A DNA stretch of 64,000 bases from Sarcina sp. (GTDB taxonomy: Bacteria; Bacillota; Clostridia; Clostridiales; Clostridiaceae). The notes below the pieces were generated by a model. That model was not told the DNA's origin. It saw nothing but the letters and a program-made list of their open reading frames with translations, and did no database searches. The stretch covers positions 1 through 64,000 of the forward strand of contig JBOFIK010000052.1 in the NCBI GenBank assembly GCA_051650125.1, written 5' to 3'. This document shows positions 9,292-18,499 of the stretch, one piece after another (within the stretch, counting starts at the first letter, position 1; every line of letters begins with the position of its first letter). A program made the translations under genes and the position numbers.

Positions 9292-10722
9292 ATGGAAAAT
9301 AATAAAACGAAAATAGTTATAGCACTTATGCTTACTATGTTTCTTGCAGCCTTTGAAGGTACAGTTGTAAGTACAGCTATGCCCACTATTGCAAGAGATT
9401 TAAATGGATATAAATTAATAAGTTGGGTATTCTCTGCTTATCTTCTAACATCAGCTGTTTCAACACCTATATACGGTAAACTATCTGATTTACTTGGAAG
9501 AAAGAAAGTTCTTATAACAGGTATAATAATATTCTTACTTGGTACGTTACTTAGTGGACTATCACAAACTATGGTACAGCTTATAATATCTAGAGCCATT
9601 CAAGGACTAGGTGCTGGATCAATAATAACACTTACATATACAATAATTGGGGACTTATATGACATATCTGGAAGAGCTAAAATACAAGGTCTTCTTAGTA
9701 CAATTTGGGGTGTTGCAAGTATTCTCGGGCCATTTATAGGTGGAATTATACTCCTTAAATTATCTTGGCACTGGATATTTTTTGTAAATATCCCATTTGG
9801 ATTCCTTGGAATATTTATGATAAGTAAATATTTCCACGAAGAAGTACATACTCATAAAGTTAAAATTGATTACTTTGGAACTATATTCCTTAATATATCA
9901 ATTGTTTCCCTGTTATTTGCATCTCTTGAAAGTGCAAATAAAAAATATCTTATAGGTTGTTTACTACTTTGTATAATCTCATTTGTAATATTTATATTTA
10001 TTGAGAAAAAAGTTAAAGAACCTATAATACCATTTGATATATTTAATAAAACTAGTGTATATGCAAATATAATTGGATTTATTGTTGCAGTTGTAATAAT
10101 TGTAATTCAATCATACTTACCTTTATATACACAGAATGTACTTGGTTATAATCCAATTATTTCCGGATTATTCCTTGCACCAATATCAATTTCTTGGTTT
10201 ACAAGTTCATTTATACTTGCAAAATCGCTTAAGAAATATGATGCTAAAATAGCAATTATAATTTCTACAATTTTAATTTGTATAGCAATGGCTATGGTTG
10301 CTTTCTTAAACATATCAACACCTATAATAGTTCTTGTAATTGCAATGTTCATAATAGGATTTGGCTTTGGTGGTATAATGAATTCAACTATAATTATTTC
10401 ACAAATTGCTGTTTCAGATGGTAGACAAGGCGTCTCAACATCAACAATGAACCTTATACGTACAATTGGACAAACGCTTGGAGTAAGTATACTTGGCTCT
10501 GTGCTAAATAAAGGAATCACTACACATTTTAATAGTGAGAATCTACATCACATAACATCTGATATACTTGGAAGTGCTTCAAATCCAATGCATTTCTCAC
10601 AGTTAGAAATACAAAAAGGTTTCTATGCTGGGTTACATCTTGTGTTTATTTCACTTTTAATTATTTCAGTAATTGCTTTGATTGTAAGTATCTTCTCACC
10701 AAAGATAAAAAATCATCACTAA
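9292..10722 (+). CDS. MFS transporter, DHA2-like 14-TMS drug:H+ antiporter family
   Basis: Start set to the ATG at 9292 after GAGGAGG. Motif A-like GKLSDLLGRKK. 14 hydrophobic segments. Confidence 0.8.
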   Translation: MENNKTKIVIALMLTMFLAAFEGTVVSTAMPTIARDLNGYKLISWVFSAYLLTSAVSTPIYGKLSDLLGRKKVLITGIIIFLLGTLLSGLSQTMVQLIISRAIQGLGAGSIITLTYTIIGDLYDISGRAKIQGLLSTIWGVASILGPFIGGIILLKLSWHWIFFVNIPFGFLGIFMISKYFHEEVHTHKVKIDYFGTIFLNISIVSLLFASLESANKKYLIGCLLLCIISFVIFIFIEKKVKEPIIPFDIFNKTSVYANIIGFIVAVVIIVIQSYLPLYTQNVLGYNPIISGLFLAPISISWFTSSFILAKSLKKYDAKIAIIISTILICIAMAMVAFLNISTPIIVLVIAMFIIGFGFGGIMNSTIIISQIAVSDGRQGVSTSTMNLIRTIGQTLGVSILGSVLNKGITTHFNSENLHHITSDILGSASNPMHFSQLEIQKGFYAGLHLVFISLLIISVIALIVSIFSPKIKNHH

Positions 10723-10737
10723 AAAGAGGTGCTTAAT

Positions 10738-11364
10738 TTGAGTAAAGGCAAAAAAATATTAGTTACCATTTTATCTATAATAGTAGCTTTGATAATTGCT
10801 ACTATTATAACTTACTATGTTTCATTTAGTCCTAAAGTAGCTACTACTCCAGTGACTAGTAACATTCAAATAAATGAATTAAATCTTATTAAAAAGTTTA
10901 TTCCAACAGATGTAAATTTAAATCTCAAGGGTATAACTGCTAAATCTGATGCACAATTTAGCTCACAGGAACTTACAGACCTTGCAATCTATGCTGTTAA
11001 TCAAAGTCCTGAAGCTAAGCAGTACGTAACAGGTCTTCAAGTTAAAATTCTTGATGGTAATGTAATTATTTATATTACTGTAAACTACAAAGGTATTCCT
11101 TTTGAGGGAAAACTTGTATTTGAACCTTATGCTAAAGATGGTAAAGGAATTTTACATTATGTATCTGGTAATATCGGATTCATTCAAATACCTAAAAATA
11201 TCATTTTTAATAGCTTAGTAGACAACCCAATAATTCATTTTAACAAAACCGTTGGTGATATAATTCTTCATTTTGATAATCTAGGCCAAATTCAAATAGA
11301 AAATATATCTACTAAAGATGATAATATAGATATTATGTTTAAAGGTAGTATAAACTTATTTTAA
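10738..11364 (+). CDS. Hypothetical membrane-anchored (N-terminal TM) extracytoplasmic protein
   Basis: TTG start after AAGAGGTG. Single N-terminal TM, then a beta-rich domain. No recognisable motif. Confidence 0.5.
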   Translation: MSKGKKILVTILSIIVALIIATIITYYVSFSPKVATTPVTSNIQINELNLIKKFIPTDVNLNLKGITAKSDAQFSSQELTDLAIYAVNQSPEAKQYVTGLQVKILDGNVIIYITVNYKGIPFEGKLVFEPYAKDGKGILHYVSGNIGFIQIPKNIIFNSLVDNPIIHFNKTVGDIILHFDNLGQIQIENISTKDDNIDIMFKGSINLF

Positions 11365-11370
11365 TGCTAA

Positions 11371-11405
11371 GATGTGCCAATTTAATTGGTGCATCTTTTT
11401 TATGT
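11371..11405 (+). terminator. Rho-independent terminator
   Basis: agatgtgccaatt-t-aattggtgcatct (13-bp stem with 2 G-U wobbles) followed by tttttt. Confidence 0.6.
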
Positions 11406-11790
11406 TACGCTTTATTATATAATTCATCTTTTAAAATAAAATCTCGGAACATCAATATCACATAAGTAATACTATATATTAGAATTATATTTATTTTACA
11501 AAGGAGAAAAACTATAAACCAATGACACTAGCCTCTTTTTCAACAAATGATATTGTGGATGTAGTTCAAAGTGGGGCTGATTTTTCTTAAAAATTAGTAT
11601 TGCTAAATTCTATTTTAAGAACTTATACAAATAAAAAAAATTCTATTGCATGTATTCTTCAAGCATCAATTAAAAAGCTAGCGCTGATAATAATATATTA
11701 TCTTGTAAAATCAACTGTGCTTTTGAAAAATAATGCTTATTTTTTGATAGGACTTGATTGTCCTATTTCATACTAGTGAGGTGATTTAAT

Positions 11791-12504
11791 ATGAAAAACA
11801 ATAATTGTAGAGAAAAGCATTTTTGTCAAAAATGTTTTTGTAATCCCTGTACTTGCAATTATTCCTCTTGCTCTGATTCTTGTGATTCCTGTGATTCCTG
11901 TGATTGCTGTGATGATATAGCTGATATTCAAACTTCTTTAGAATCTATTTTAGACTTTGAAGCAAATATTTCCGAATGTGCTTCTAATCTTTTTAGTTAT
12001 ATTTTGCCTTGTGAATTAGACACTATTGATGATGCACAAAAAAAAATCAATTTATTTAGTACCCTACTACTTTCATATAGTAATAGAGCTGGTTCTTTAA
12101 GCAAACTAATAAATTCTGTAAGTTGCTTAGATGACTCATACATCCCTAATCCACATATAGAAGTTCTTGAAGATTGTTATAAAGAGAGTTGCAATCCTAG
12201 TTTAGTACGCCAACAACAACAACAACAACAACACCCTTGCCCAGCAAATAATTGCTATGACCCTTGCAAAAAAACTTCTCCAATTATTCGTATTGATGAC
12301 TTGAATCCTCCAAGCATCTGCGAGAACATAATTTATCCTCAACATATTTGTAACGGACTTTACTTTCTCGAAAAAATCAAAATTTATTTTTCAAAATGTA
12401 AAACTTGCAAAATATTTGAAGTTTATTTAAATTCTAAAACACAAAAACTTTTATACACTAATGCTAAAAATTCTTGCGGAATTTCTAAAACTTATATAGT
12501 ATAG
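11791..12504 (+). CDS. Cysteine-rich protein (25 Cys in 237 aa) with (SCD)n and poly-Q tracts, possibly a spore coat/exosporium-type protein
   Basis: N-terminus CREKHFCQKCFCNPCTCNYSSCSDSCDSCDSCDCCDD. Internal QQQQQQQH. GGTGA RBS. 425-bp AT-rich upstream region. Confidence 0.6.
   Translation: MKNNNCREKHFCQKCFCNPCTCNYSSCSDSCDSCDSCDCCDDIADIQTSLESILDFEANISECASNLFSYILPCELDTIDDAQKKINLFSTLLLSYSNRAGSLSKLINSVSCLDDSYIPNPHIEVLEDCYKESCNPSLVRQQQQQQQHPCPANNCYDPCKKTSPIIRIDDLNPPSICENIIYPQHICNGLYFLEKIKIYFSKCKTCKIFEVYLNSKTQKLLYTNAKNSCGISKTYIV
11866..11916 (+). repeat. 9-bp tandem repeat (TGTGATTCC-like, about 5 units) encoding (SCD)n within the Cys-rich gene
   Basis: ctctgattct tgtgattcc tgtgattcc tgtgattgc tgtgatgat. 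In-frame units, a substrate for slipped-strand length variation. Confidence 0.7.
12211..12231 (+). repeat. (CAA)7 trinucleotide microsatellite encoding poly-Gln
   Basis: caacaacaacaacaacaacaa inside the Cys-rich CDS. Confidence 0.8.
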
Positions 12505-12743
12505 GGGTATTTTTACAAATTCTTCTATCGCTTCATTTTTATTCACTTGATGAAAATTCTAATGAATTATCTAGTACCTTAACAGGGTTAAATTCTTATT
12601 CTAGATACTGTGAATTTATAAACCTTAAAAGTTGAAGGTTTACTACAAAAGTATCTCTAAAAAATTGTTGTAGTTCTTGATTGTAATTTTTTCTAAAAAA
12701 AAATGCTATAACACTTGATTGTGTTATAGCATTTGGATTTTTA

Positions 12744-13154
12744 CTAACATAAGTAATATTGTTTAATTAGTTTAACTATTTTCTTTGCTTCATTAGACTG
12801 AGCTGATGGAACTTTAAATGATATCGGTGCATTATAAGGTACACCATTAGCCCCAAGTGCTGTATTGTTTTGAACACCTATTTTAATATCTACATCTAAA
12901 TCAAAAGTTCCCGCAGTTTCAAAGGAAACATTTGAAACTGACTTTCCTGGTATAAACTTAACCTCAACTTTTTTACCAGTAATCCCTTGAACATCTATCA
13001 TGTAAATTCCAAGGTTAGTAAGAACTATCGAATCCCTTATAAATTTAAATCCCATTATAACTTGTTCATTGTTTAACAAATATTCATTAATTATGCTTGC
13101 ATCTGTAACTATACTGCCATTTCCCATTAACTTATCATATAATCCCATACTCAA
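12744..13154 (-). CDS. Hypothetical protein, possible bacterial PH-like (YokE-type) fold
   Basis: 136-aa beta-rich soluble protein. Only weak recollection of a PH-like family. Confidence 0.4.
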   Translation of the reverse strand: MSMGLYDKLMGNGSIVTDASIINEYLLNNEQVIMGFKFIRDSIVLTNLGIYMIDVQGITGKKVEVKFIPGKSVSNVSFETAGTFDLDVDIKIGVQNNTALGANGVPYNAPISFKVPSAQSNEAKKIVKLIKQYYLC

Positions 13155-13297
13155 TTCCCCCTTAAATTCTTTCTACTATTATACTATAAATAATCCTAAC
13201 TTATTTCCTTATTTAAAAATCATTTAAATAATTTACTAGCTTTTAATTAAAATATGTTATATGATAAATTAAAACGACCAATAAAGGAGTATTTAAT

Positions 13298-13609
13298 ATG
13301 TCAGTTTATATAATTAATTACTATTTAAAAGAAGCAATGCACTCATGCGGATGTGGTTCAGACCATCACGAGCATCATGCACACGAAGAAAGAGATAACC
13401 ATGAAGTTATTGGAGAAATCAAAGAACTTGGAGCTTGGGCTGAACTTATGCCTGATTGCTACATAGTTAAAACTGAAAAATCTTCAGAAGAAATTGCAAC
13501 AAAAGTTAAATCTGTAATGGAAGCTCACGATAGAATATTTGTAACAGAAATAAATAAAGAAAATGCTGCCTCATTCACACCTGGTGTAATGGAATGGATC
13601 AGACAATAA
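13298..13609 (+). CDS. Hypothetical His/Cys-rich small protein (103 aa)
   Basis: AAAGGAG RBS. The CGCGSDHHEHHAHEE segment suggests metal binding. Followed by a strong terminator. Confidence 0.5.
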   Translation: MSVYIINYYLKEAMHSCGCGSDHHEHHAHEERDNHEVIGEIKELGAWAELMPDCYIVKTEKSSEEIATKVKSVMEAHDRIFVTEINKENAASFTPGVMEWIRQ

Positions 13610-13616
13610 ACTAAAA

Positions 13617-13645
13617 AAGAATGCCCTTTGGGCATTCTTTTTTGT
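13617..13645. terminator. Rho-independent terminator (bidirectional geometry)
   Basis: aaaaaa gaatgccc-tttg-ggcattc tttttt. Confidence 0.8.
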
Positions 13646-13694
13646 TATGTAAAGTAAAATAATTCTCTTTTCTACTTTACACGTTTATTTCAAT

Positions 13695-14240
13695 TTAACT
13701 TTTACATCTAAGTACATAAGCTGGTGGTATATTCATATATGTTTTATCTGTGCGAATTTCCTCAAAAAATCTATCAAACAATTTTTTCTTTACTAATGAG
13801 TATTGGAAAGTAATAAACTCACCGCTATTTTCTATTATTTCTGCTGTTTTAGTTAGTATACTATCAGAAACATCCTTTGGTAAAGATGCAAATGGTAACC
13901 CTGAAACTATATAGTCAACATGTTTTATTTTATATCTTTTTAAGATATGATCTATATTTTCAGCACTTTCATTTAGTATTAATACATTTTTTTTATGTCC
14001 ATATAATCTATTTAATCTGTGATAAAATTCTTTATTTATTTCTATTAATATAATTTTCGTATTATCATTTGCTCTAGCAACTAATTTCTCTGTAAATGAA
14101 CCTGTCCCTGGTCCATATTCTATGATACATTTAGCATTTTCAAAATCGACTTTGCTTAGCATCTTACTTGCCAAAAATCGACTACTCGGTGCTATTGCTC
14201 CTACTTTTCTCGGATTTTTGATATATTCTAGCAAAAACAT
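13695..14240 (-). CDS. Class I SAM-dependent methyltransferase (small RrnaAD/phospholipid-N-MTase-like)
   Basis: Motif I IIEYGPGTGSFT. Acidic motif II LIEIN. 181 aa. Confidence 0.65.
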   Translation of the reverse strand: MFLLEYIKNPRKVGAIAPSSRFLASKMLSKVDFENAKCIIEYGPGTGSFTEKLVARANDNTKIILIEINKEFYHRLNRLYGHKKNVLILNESAENIDHILKRYKIKHVDYIVSGLPFASLPKDVSDSILTKTAEIIENSGEFITFQYSLVKKKLFDRFFEEIRTDKTYMNIPPAYVLRCKS

Positions 14241-14401
14241 AAAATCACTCCAATCGTTTTTTCAATTATACTATATATTCCACCTAAAATAAAATTATTT
14301 TTTTCATTTTTCATTTTTTGACTAAAAAAAGTCAATTAAATATATAAATTTTTTATACCTTTAATTGACTTTCTATTTCTCGAAAAAACTATATTTTATT
14401 T

Positions 14402-14620
14402 TTAAAAAGCTTCTTGATCATCTTTTGGGTGTTTTAAGTGTGTACCATAATAACTTATATCTTGTGTTATTTGGCTTAACTCATTCTTATGTTTATTATT
14501 ATAATTTCCTTGCTGATTTATATTCATGATGATAGCACCTGATACTAATGCTACCACTGCAATTCCTGTAACTGCTCCTAAAACTTTACTTTTCATAATA
14601 AAACCACCTCCTACATTCAA
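14402..14620 (-). CDS. Small membrane protein (72 aa, single TM)
   Basis: GGAGGTGG RBS. One hydrophobic helix. Confidence 0.45.
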   Translation of the reverse strand: MNVGGGFIMKSKVLGAVTGIAVVALVSGAIIMNINQQGNYNNKHKNELSQITQDISYYGTHLKHPKDDQEAF

Positions 14621-14766
14621 TATAGCACTTTAAATCATTCATTTAAAATAGTCATTATTGACGATTTATTACAAAAAGTGTTAAATAAACTAAATGATAC
14701 TAATTTATTTCAAAAAAACTCTTTTCTATTTAATATTATGAGGCATTAATTATTTTTTTGTCATTT

Positions 14767-15654
14767 TTACAACTTTTTTTTGTAATCTTTGTCCACATAT
14801 TGTTTCTCAAATTTATTATTGCATATGAATATAGTAACAGAGCCAATTATTATCAATAAATATCCTATTAATGAATATTCATCAGGCATATTGCCCCATA
14901 GTATCATACCAATAAATGTTATGAATATTACATTAGTGTAACTAAATACAGATATTTCTTTTGCTGGTGCATACTTATATGCTATTGTTAATGCAAACTG
15001 TGTAGCTGATGAGAATATTCCCGCTAAAATCAAAGCTATAATTTCATGTAGATTTGGTATTGTAAACTTGTATATCATAAATGGAATTGACATACTTGCT
15101 GATGTAAACGCATAGAAAAATATTATTGTATTAGGATTCTCTCTTTTTCTTAGAAATCTTAAAAAAGTACCTACTGCACCACCAAAAAGCCCTGAAAGTA
15201 TTGCTATTAATGACACAATTAAACTTTCTTCCCCCGTTGGTTTAACAACAAATATAACACCTATAAAAGCTATAACCATTGCTATAATATGATATTTCCT
15301 TACACCCTCTTTTAAAAATATTGCTGAGAATATAATTACAAAAAATGGACTAAGCTTACCAAGTACTACCGCATTTGCAAGTAACATATGACTTATAGCA
15401 TAATAGCTACACCAAACTCCTAAAGTTCCACAAAGTGCCCTAAAAAATAGAAATTTTCTGTTTTTAGTCTGCCCAAAGAAAGTATCATTAGACTTTAATA
15501 TTATAAATATAGTTGTTACAATTGTTATTATATTTCTAAAAAAACTTTTTTCATAAAAAGGTAAGTTTCCCGCTTCCTTTATTGCTGTTGATGCAAGCGC
15601 TGCTGTTAAAGCTGAAATTATTATTAATATAATCGCTTTATTTTTATTACTCAA
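14767..15654 (-). CDS. DMT superfamily (EamA-like) permease
   Basis: 10 TM in two repeated halves. 295 aa. Confidence 0.7.
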   Translation of the reverse strand: MSNKNKAIILIIISALTAALASTAIKEAGNLPFYEKSFFRNIITIVTTIFIILKSNDTFFGQTKNRKFLFFRALCGTLGVWCSYYAISHMLLANAVVLGKLSPFFVIIFSAIFLKEGVRKYHIIAMVIAFIGVIFVVKPTGEESLIVSLIAILSGLFGGAVGTFLRFLRKRENPNTIIFFYAFTSASMSIPFMIYKFTIPNLHEIIALILAGIFSSATQFALTIAYKYAPAKEISVFSYTNVIFITFIGMILWGNMPDEYSLIGYLLIIIGSVTIFICNNKFEKQYVDKDYKKKL

Positions 15655-15799
15655 AAAATCTCTCCTTTACTACTCCACTCAAATATCAACAAGTATACGC
15701 TATTACTTTATAAGTTTCAACTTACTTTAATTTCATAATTAAGTAATAAAAAAGCCACCTTATTAGATGACTTTTCATATATAAGATAACTTTCCTAAA

Positions 15800-16288
15800 C
15801 TATGCACTTTTTACAAATTCTAAATTACAAATTTCATTTTTAGAATCTACAAATTTAATATTCGCTCTTAGTAACTCTGATGCTCTCAGGCTAGTCCTAT
15901 TTTTCACTTTAATTGCGATTTGTTCACTTACATCCCCTGGTAGTAAATCTTCATTCATATCTATAATGCTAATCTTCCCACCTATGTCATATGTATATTT
16001 TACTCCTACAATTCTCTTGCCTGAGTCATTTTTTATTCTTGTACTAATAATTTTATTACCATCACTATCAGTAACTTTAGAATTAACAAATTTTAAAGTA
16101 TCTAAATTAAATTTTTTATTTTGTCCATGCACTGATAAATCACTCGTAATATTCGCTATGCTATTGATACTTGCAGTATCTAAATCTCTGTGAGTTTTAG
16201 ATACTGCAAGCACCTCAAATCCTATAAGTCCAACTAATACTATTCCTAACCCTAACGTAGTTCTATTTATCATTTCATATCCCCCCAT
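15800..16288 (-). CDS. Hypothetical membrane-anchored protein (162 aa)
   Basis: N-terminal TM, then a beta-rich domain. Confidence 0.45.
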   Translation of the reverse strand: MGGYEMINRTTLGLGIVLVGLIGFEVLAVSKTHRDLDTASINSIANITSDLSVHGQNKKFNLDTLKFVNSKVTDSDGNKIISTRIKNDSGKRIVGVKYTYDIGGKISIIDMNEDLLPGDVSEQIAIKVKNRTSLRASELLRANIKFVDSKNEICNLEFVKSA

Positions 16289-16339
16289 ATTTCTATAGTC
16301 TGATTTTTTGTAGCTTTTCTATCTATATAATCACATAAA

Positions 16340-16378
16340 AAAAGAGTAAATTCAATACTCTTTCCCCTTTTTTTACTT
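16340..16378. terminator. Hairpin terminator
   Basis: aaaaaaagagta-aattcaa-tactcttt cccc ttttttt. Confidence 0.55.
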
Positions 16379-16585
16379 ACCATCAACAAATTTTTAATAT
16401 TTTCTATTTATTATGTTTTACTCAAAATAGTTTTCAGAGTTAATTTTTATAACAAAAAAGATAGATATATTAGATTTCTCTAACTATACCTATCTTTTTA
16501 ATTCATTTTATCAATGATTGTTAAAATACCATTTCTTTAACTAAAGCAGTCTTATCTAGTGCATATTTATACATAAGGATCTATC

Positions 16586-16620
16586 TTCAAAAAAAGAATC
16601 GTATTGCTACGATTCTTTAA
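16586..16620 (-). terminator. Terminator of zinc-ribbon gene copy 1
   Basis: On the minus strand: gaatcgta-gcaa-tacgattc then tttttttt. Confidence 0.7.
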
Positions 16621-16870
16621 ACATTCAGAAATTATCTTCTGTTGTTTTGTGCTTTTCTAGCTCTTCTACAAGCTGGGCATCTTACTGGCTCATTATCGAA
16701 TCCTTTTTCTTTGTAGAACTCTTGCTCACCTACTGTGAATACGAACTCTTCGTTACAATCTTTGCATACTAATGTTTTATCTTGCATGATAATCCTCCTA
16801 AATTTTAAAGTTCAAAATGGATATAATAACCTCTAAAATAAGAGAAATATCTATCTATATGAAACTTTGT
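16590..16870. repeat. Copy 1 of a roughly 280-bp tandemly duplicated module (terminator + small zinc-ribbon gene + RBS + upstream region)
   Basis: About 90 % identical to 17040-17335. Homology extends well beyond the CDS into the RBS and terminator. Confidence 0.85.
16632..16787 (-). CDS. Small zinc-ribbon protein (51 aa, CxxC-x24-CxxC), copy 1. Not in the ORF track
   Basis: MQDKTLVCKDCNEEFVFTVGEQEFYKEKGFDNEPVRCPACRRARKAQNNRR. AGGAGG RBS 6 nt upstream. Own terminator. Resembles the widespread probable-zinc-ribbon (zf-trcl-like) family. Confidence 0.75.
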   Translation of the reverse strand: MQDKTLVCKDCNEEFVFTVGEQEFYKEKGFDNEPVRCPACRRARKAQNNRR

Positions 16871-17046
16871 TTTATTCTTTATTTAAGCTATCTAGCTTAG
16901 CTTTATAATAACATAGCGATTTCTGTTTTGCAATAAAATATTTAACAAAATTTTCATTTATATTCTACTAAAAAACGACTCTATTATGCTCTAATATTTT
17001 TACCATAATCAACAGAAATATTCCTATTTTTTGATTCTTTTTTGTA

Positions 17047-17082
17047 TAAAAAAAAGAACCGTATTACTACGATTCTTTAAAC
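17047..17082 (-). terminator. Terminator of zinc-ribbon gene copy 2 (slightly degenerate stem)
   Basis: gaatcgta-gtaa-tacggttc + T-run on the minus strand. Confidence 0.55.
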
Positions 17083-17092
17083 ATTTAGAAAA

Positions 17093-17245
17093 TTATCTAT
17101 TGTTTTGTGCTTTTCTAGCTCTTCTGCATGAAGCGCATCTTACTGGCTCGTTATCGAATCCTTTTTCTTTGTAGAACTCTTGCTCACCTACTGTGAATAC
17201 GAACTCTTCATTACAATCTCTGCATACTAATGTTTTATCTTGCAT
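17093..17245 (-). CDS. Small zinc-ribbon protein (50 aa), copy 2 paralog. Not in the ORF track
   Basis: MQDKTLVCRDCNEEFVFTVGEQEFYKEKGFDNEPVRCASCRRARKAQNNR. AGGAGG RBS. Confidence 0.75.
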   Translation of the reverse strand: MQDKTLVCRDCNEEFVFTVGEQEFYKEKGFDNEPVRCASCRRARKAQNNR

Positions 17246-17485
17246 AATAATCCTCCTAAATTTAAAGATTCAAAATGGATATACTAACCTCTAAAATTCA
17301 AGAGAAGTATCTATCTATATGAAACTTATTCATTCTTATTTATTGTTAGTATCTCTACTACTTCCTCAGTATAACACTTATATATTTATTAATCAATGGA
17401 ATTATCTCTGTTTTATGAAAATATTTTCATAAATTCTCCATTTCTTTTCAAAGCTAGTTATTTAGCCATCTCCGCAAATTTTTAT

Positions 17486-18169
17486 CTATATCAATCCATC
17501 TCTTTCATATGATTTAATAGCTGTAACAATATAACTTAAAGTACAAAAATCTCTCGAAATTTGCTTGCTTGCTTCTTTTAATCCATCGATTAAAAACTTC
17601 TCTTTAAATTCCTTTAAAAGAACCATACAACTTATAGGACTTATAGTTCTATCCTTTGTATCTAAAGTTCTTGACTCTTTGATATATGGATTTTCCATAG
17701 CAATATTTATAGCCTCTTCAAGTTCTTTACTGATTTCAAGTACTGGCATCTCATCAAACACTTTAACTTGCTTTTGTGTAAACTTTAAATTTTCAGCTTT
17801 AGTCACATCTGTATCAATAAATATACAGTCATAGAATCTAGCATCGTAAAAATCTGTTCCTTCTAAATTTACACCTTCAAATACAGCATTTCTAAATGTC
17901 GCTCTTTTAAATTTACTATTCTTTAAATTTGTACCAACAAACTCTGTCCAGTTGAAACTAGCTTCATAGAAATCACATGTTTTAAAATGGGCTCCTCTAA
18001 AACTTGCAAAATCAAAATTCGAGTTACAAAACTTACAGTTATAACAGTTTGCTCTTTTAAAATCTGTGTACATAAAGTTTTTATTTTCCTTATTCGCCTT
18101 ATTATACTTTATTATGTTTACCTTCTTATTTACAGCCATTATGCCTCCATCAGTACCTTTGTACTTCAA
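17486..18169 (-). CDS. Pentapeptide-repeat protein with unknown C-terminal domain
   Basis: Tandem A(D/N)LxG-like repeats (FRGAHFKTCDFYEASFNWTEFVGTNLKNSKFKRATFRNAVFEGVNLEGTDF). The true start may be MAVNKK (18136), because the 5' end overlaps a pseudogene remnant. Confidence 0.7.
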   Translation of the reverse strand: MKYKGTDGGIMAVNKKVNIIKYNKANKENKNFMYTDFKRANCYNCKFCNSNFDFASFRGAHFKTCDFYEASFNWTEFVGTNLKNSKFKRATFRNAVFEGVNLEGTDFYDARFYDCIFIDTDVTKAENLKFTQKQVKVFDEMPVLEISKELEEAINIAMENPYIKESRTLDTKDRTISPISCMVLLKEFKEKFLIDGLKEASKQISRDFCTLSYIVTAIKSYERDGLI

Positions 18170-18174
18170 TATAT

Positions 18175-18484
18175 TTTATTTAAAACCACTTTTAAAGCAA
18201 TCAAATTATCCTTCTATTATCTTTAAATGCGGATGTGTATTGCCTTCAAAATGTCTATAATTGCCACCATTTGTTTAGATATACTTTTTCAAATTCATAT
18301 ATCAAATCTTGTGCAACATCTAGGTCTGCACTCTTATTAATAGTCCCGCAGTGCTATGTGGACAGTATACTACAACAATCGCATCTTTGATACCACTTTT
18401 TGTGGCTACTCTTATATAAGGTGTTATATCTAGTAAAGTTTGTCTATCCTTTATGGTTAAATTATGCTTATATAAGTTTTCCAT
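18175..18484 (-). pseudogene. Frameshifted remnant of a YjbQ/UPF0047-family gene
   Basis: Frame 1: MENLYKHNLTIKDRQTLLDITPYIRVATKSGIKDAIVVVYCPHSTAGLLI then stop. +1 frame: NKSADLDVAQDLIYEFEKVYLNKW. Another frame: YRHFEGNTHPHLK. These match YjbQ conserved blocks (HTTAGL-INENADPDV ... YRHNEGN-AHIKA) in three different frames. Confidence 0.5.
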
Positions 18485-18499
18485 ACTTTCTCATTAGAT

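Larger units (their letters stand above)
17040..17335. repeat. Copy 2 of the tandemly duplicated zinc-ribbon gene module
   Basis: See 16590-16870. Confidence 0.85.

Noticed and set aside
11522-11590. 22-codon ORF with an AAGGAG-like sequence in the leader of the Cys-rich gene
   Set aside because: RBS spacing is too long (13 nt), the peptide is not notable, and the ORF is more likely chance in an AT-rich leader.
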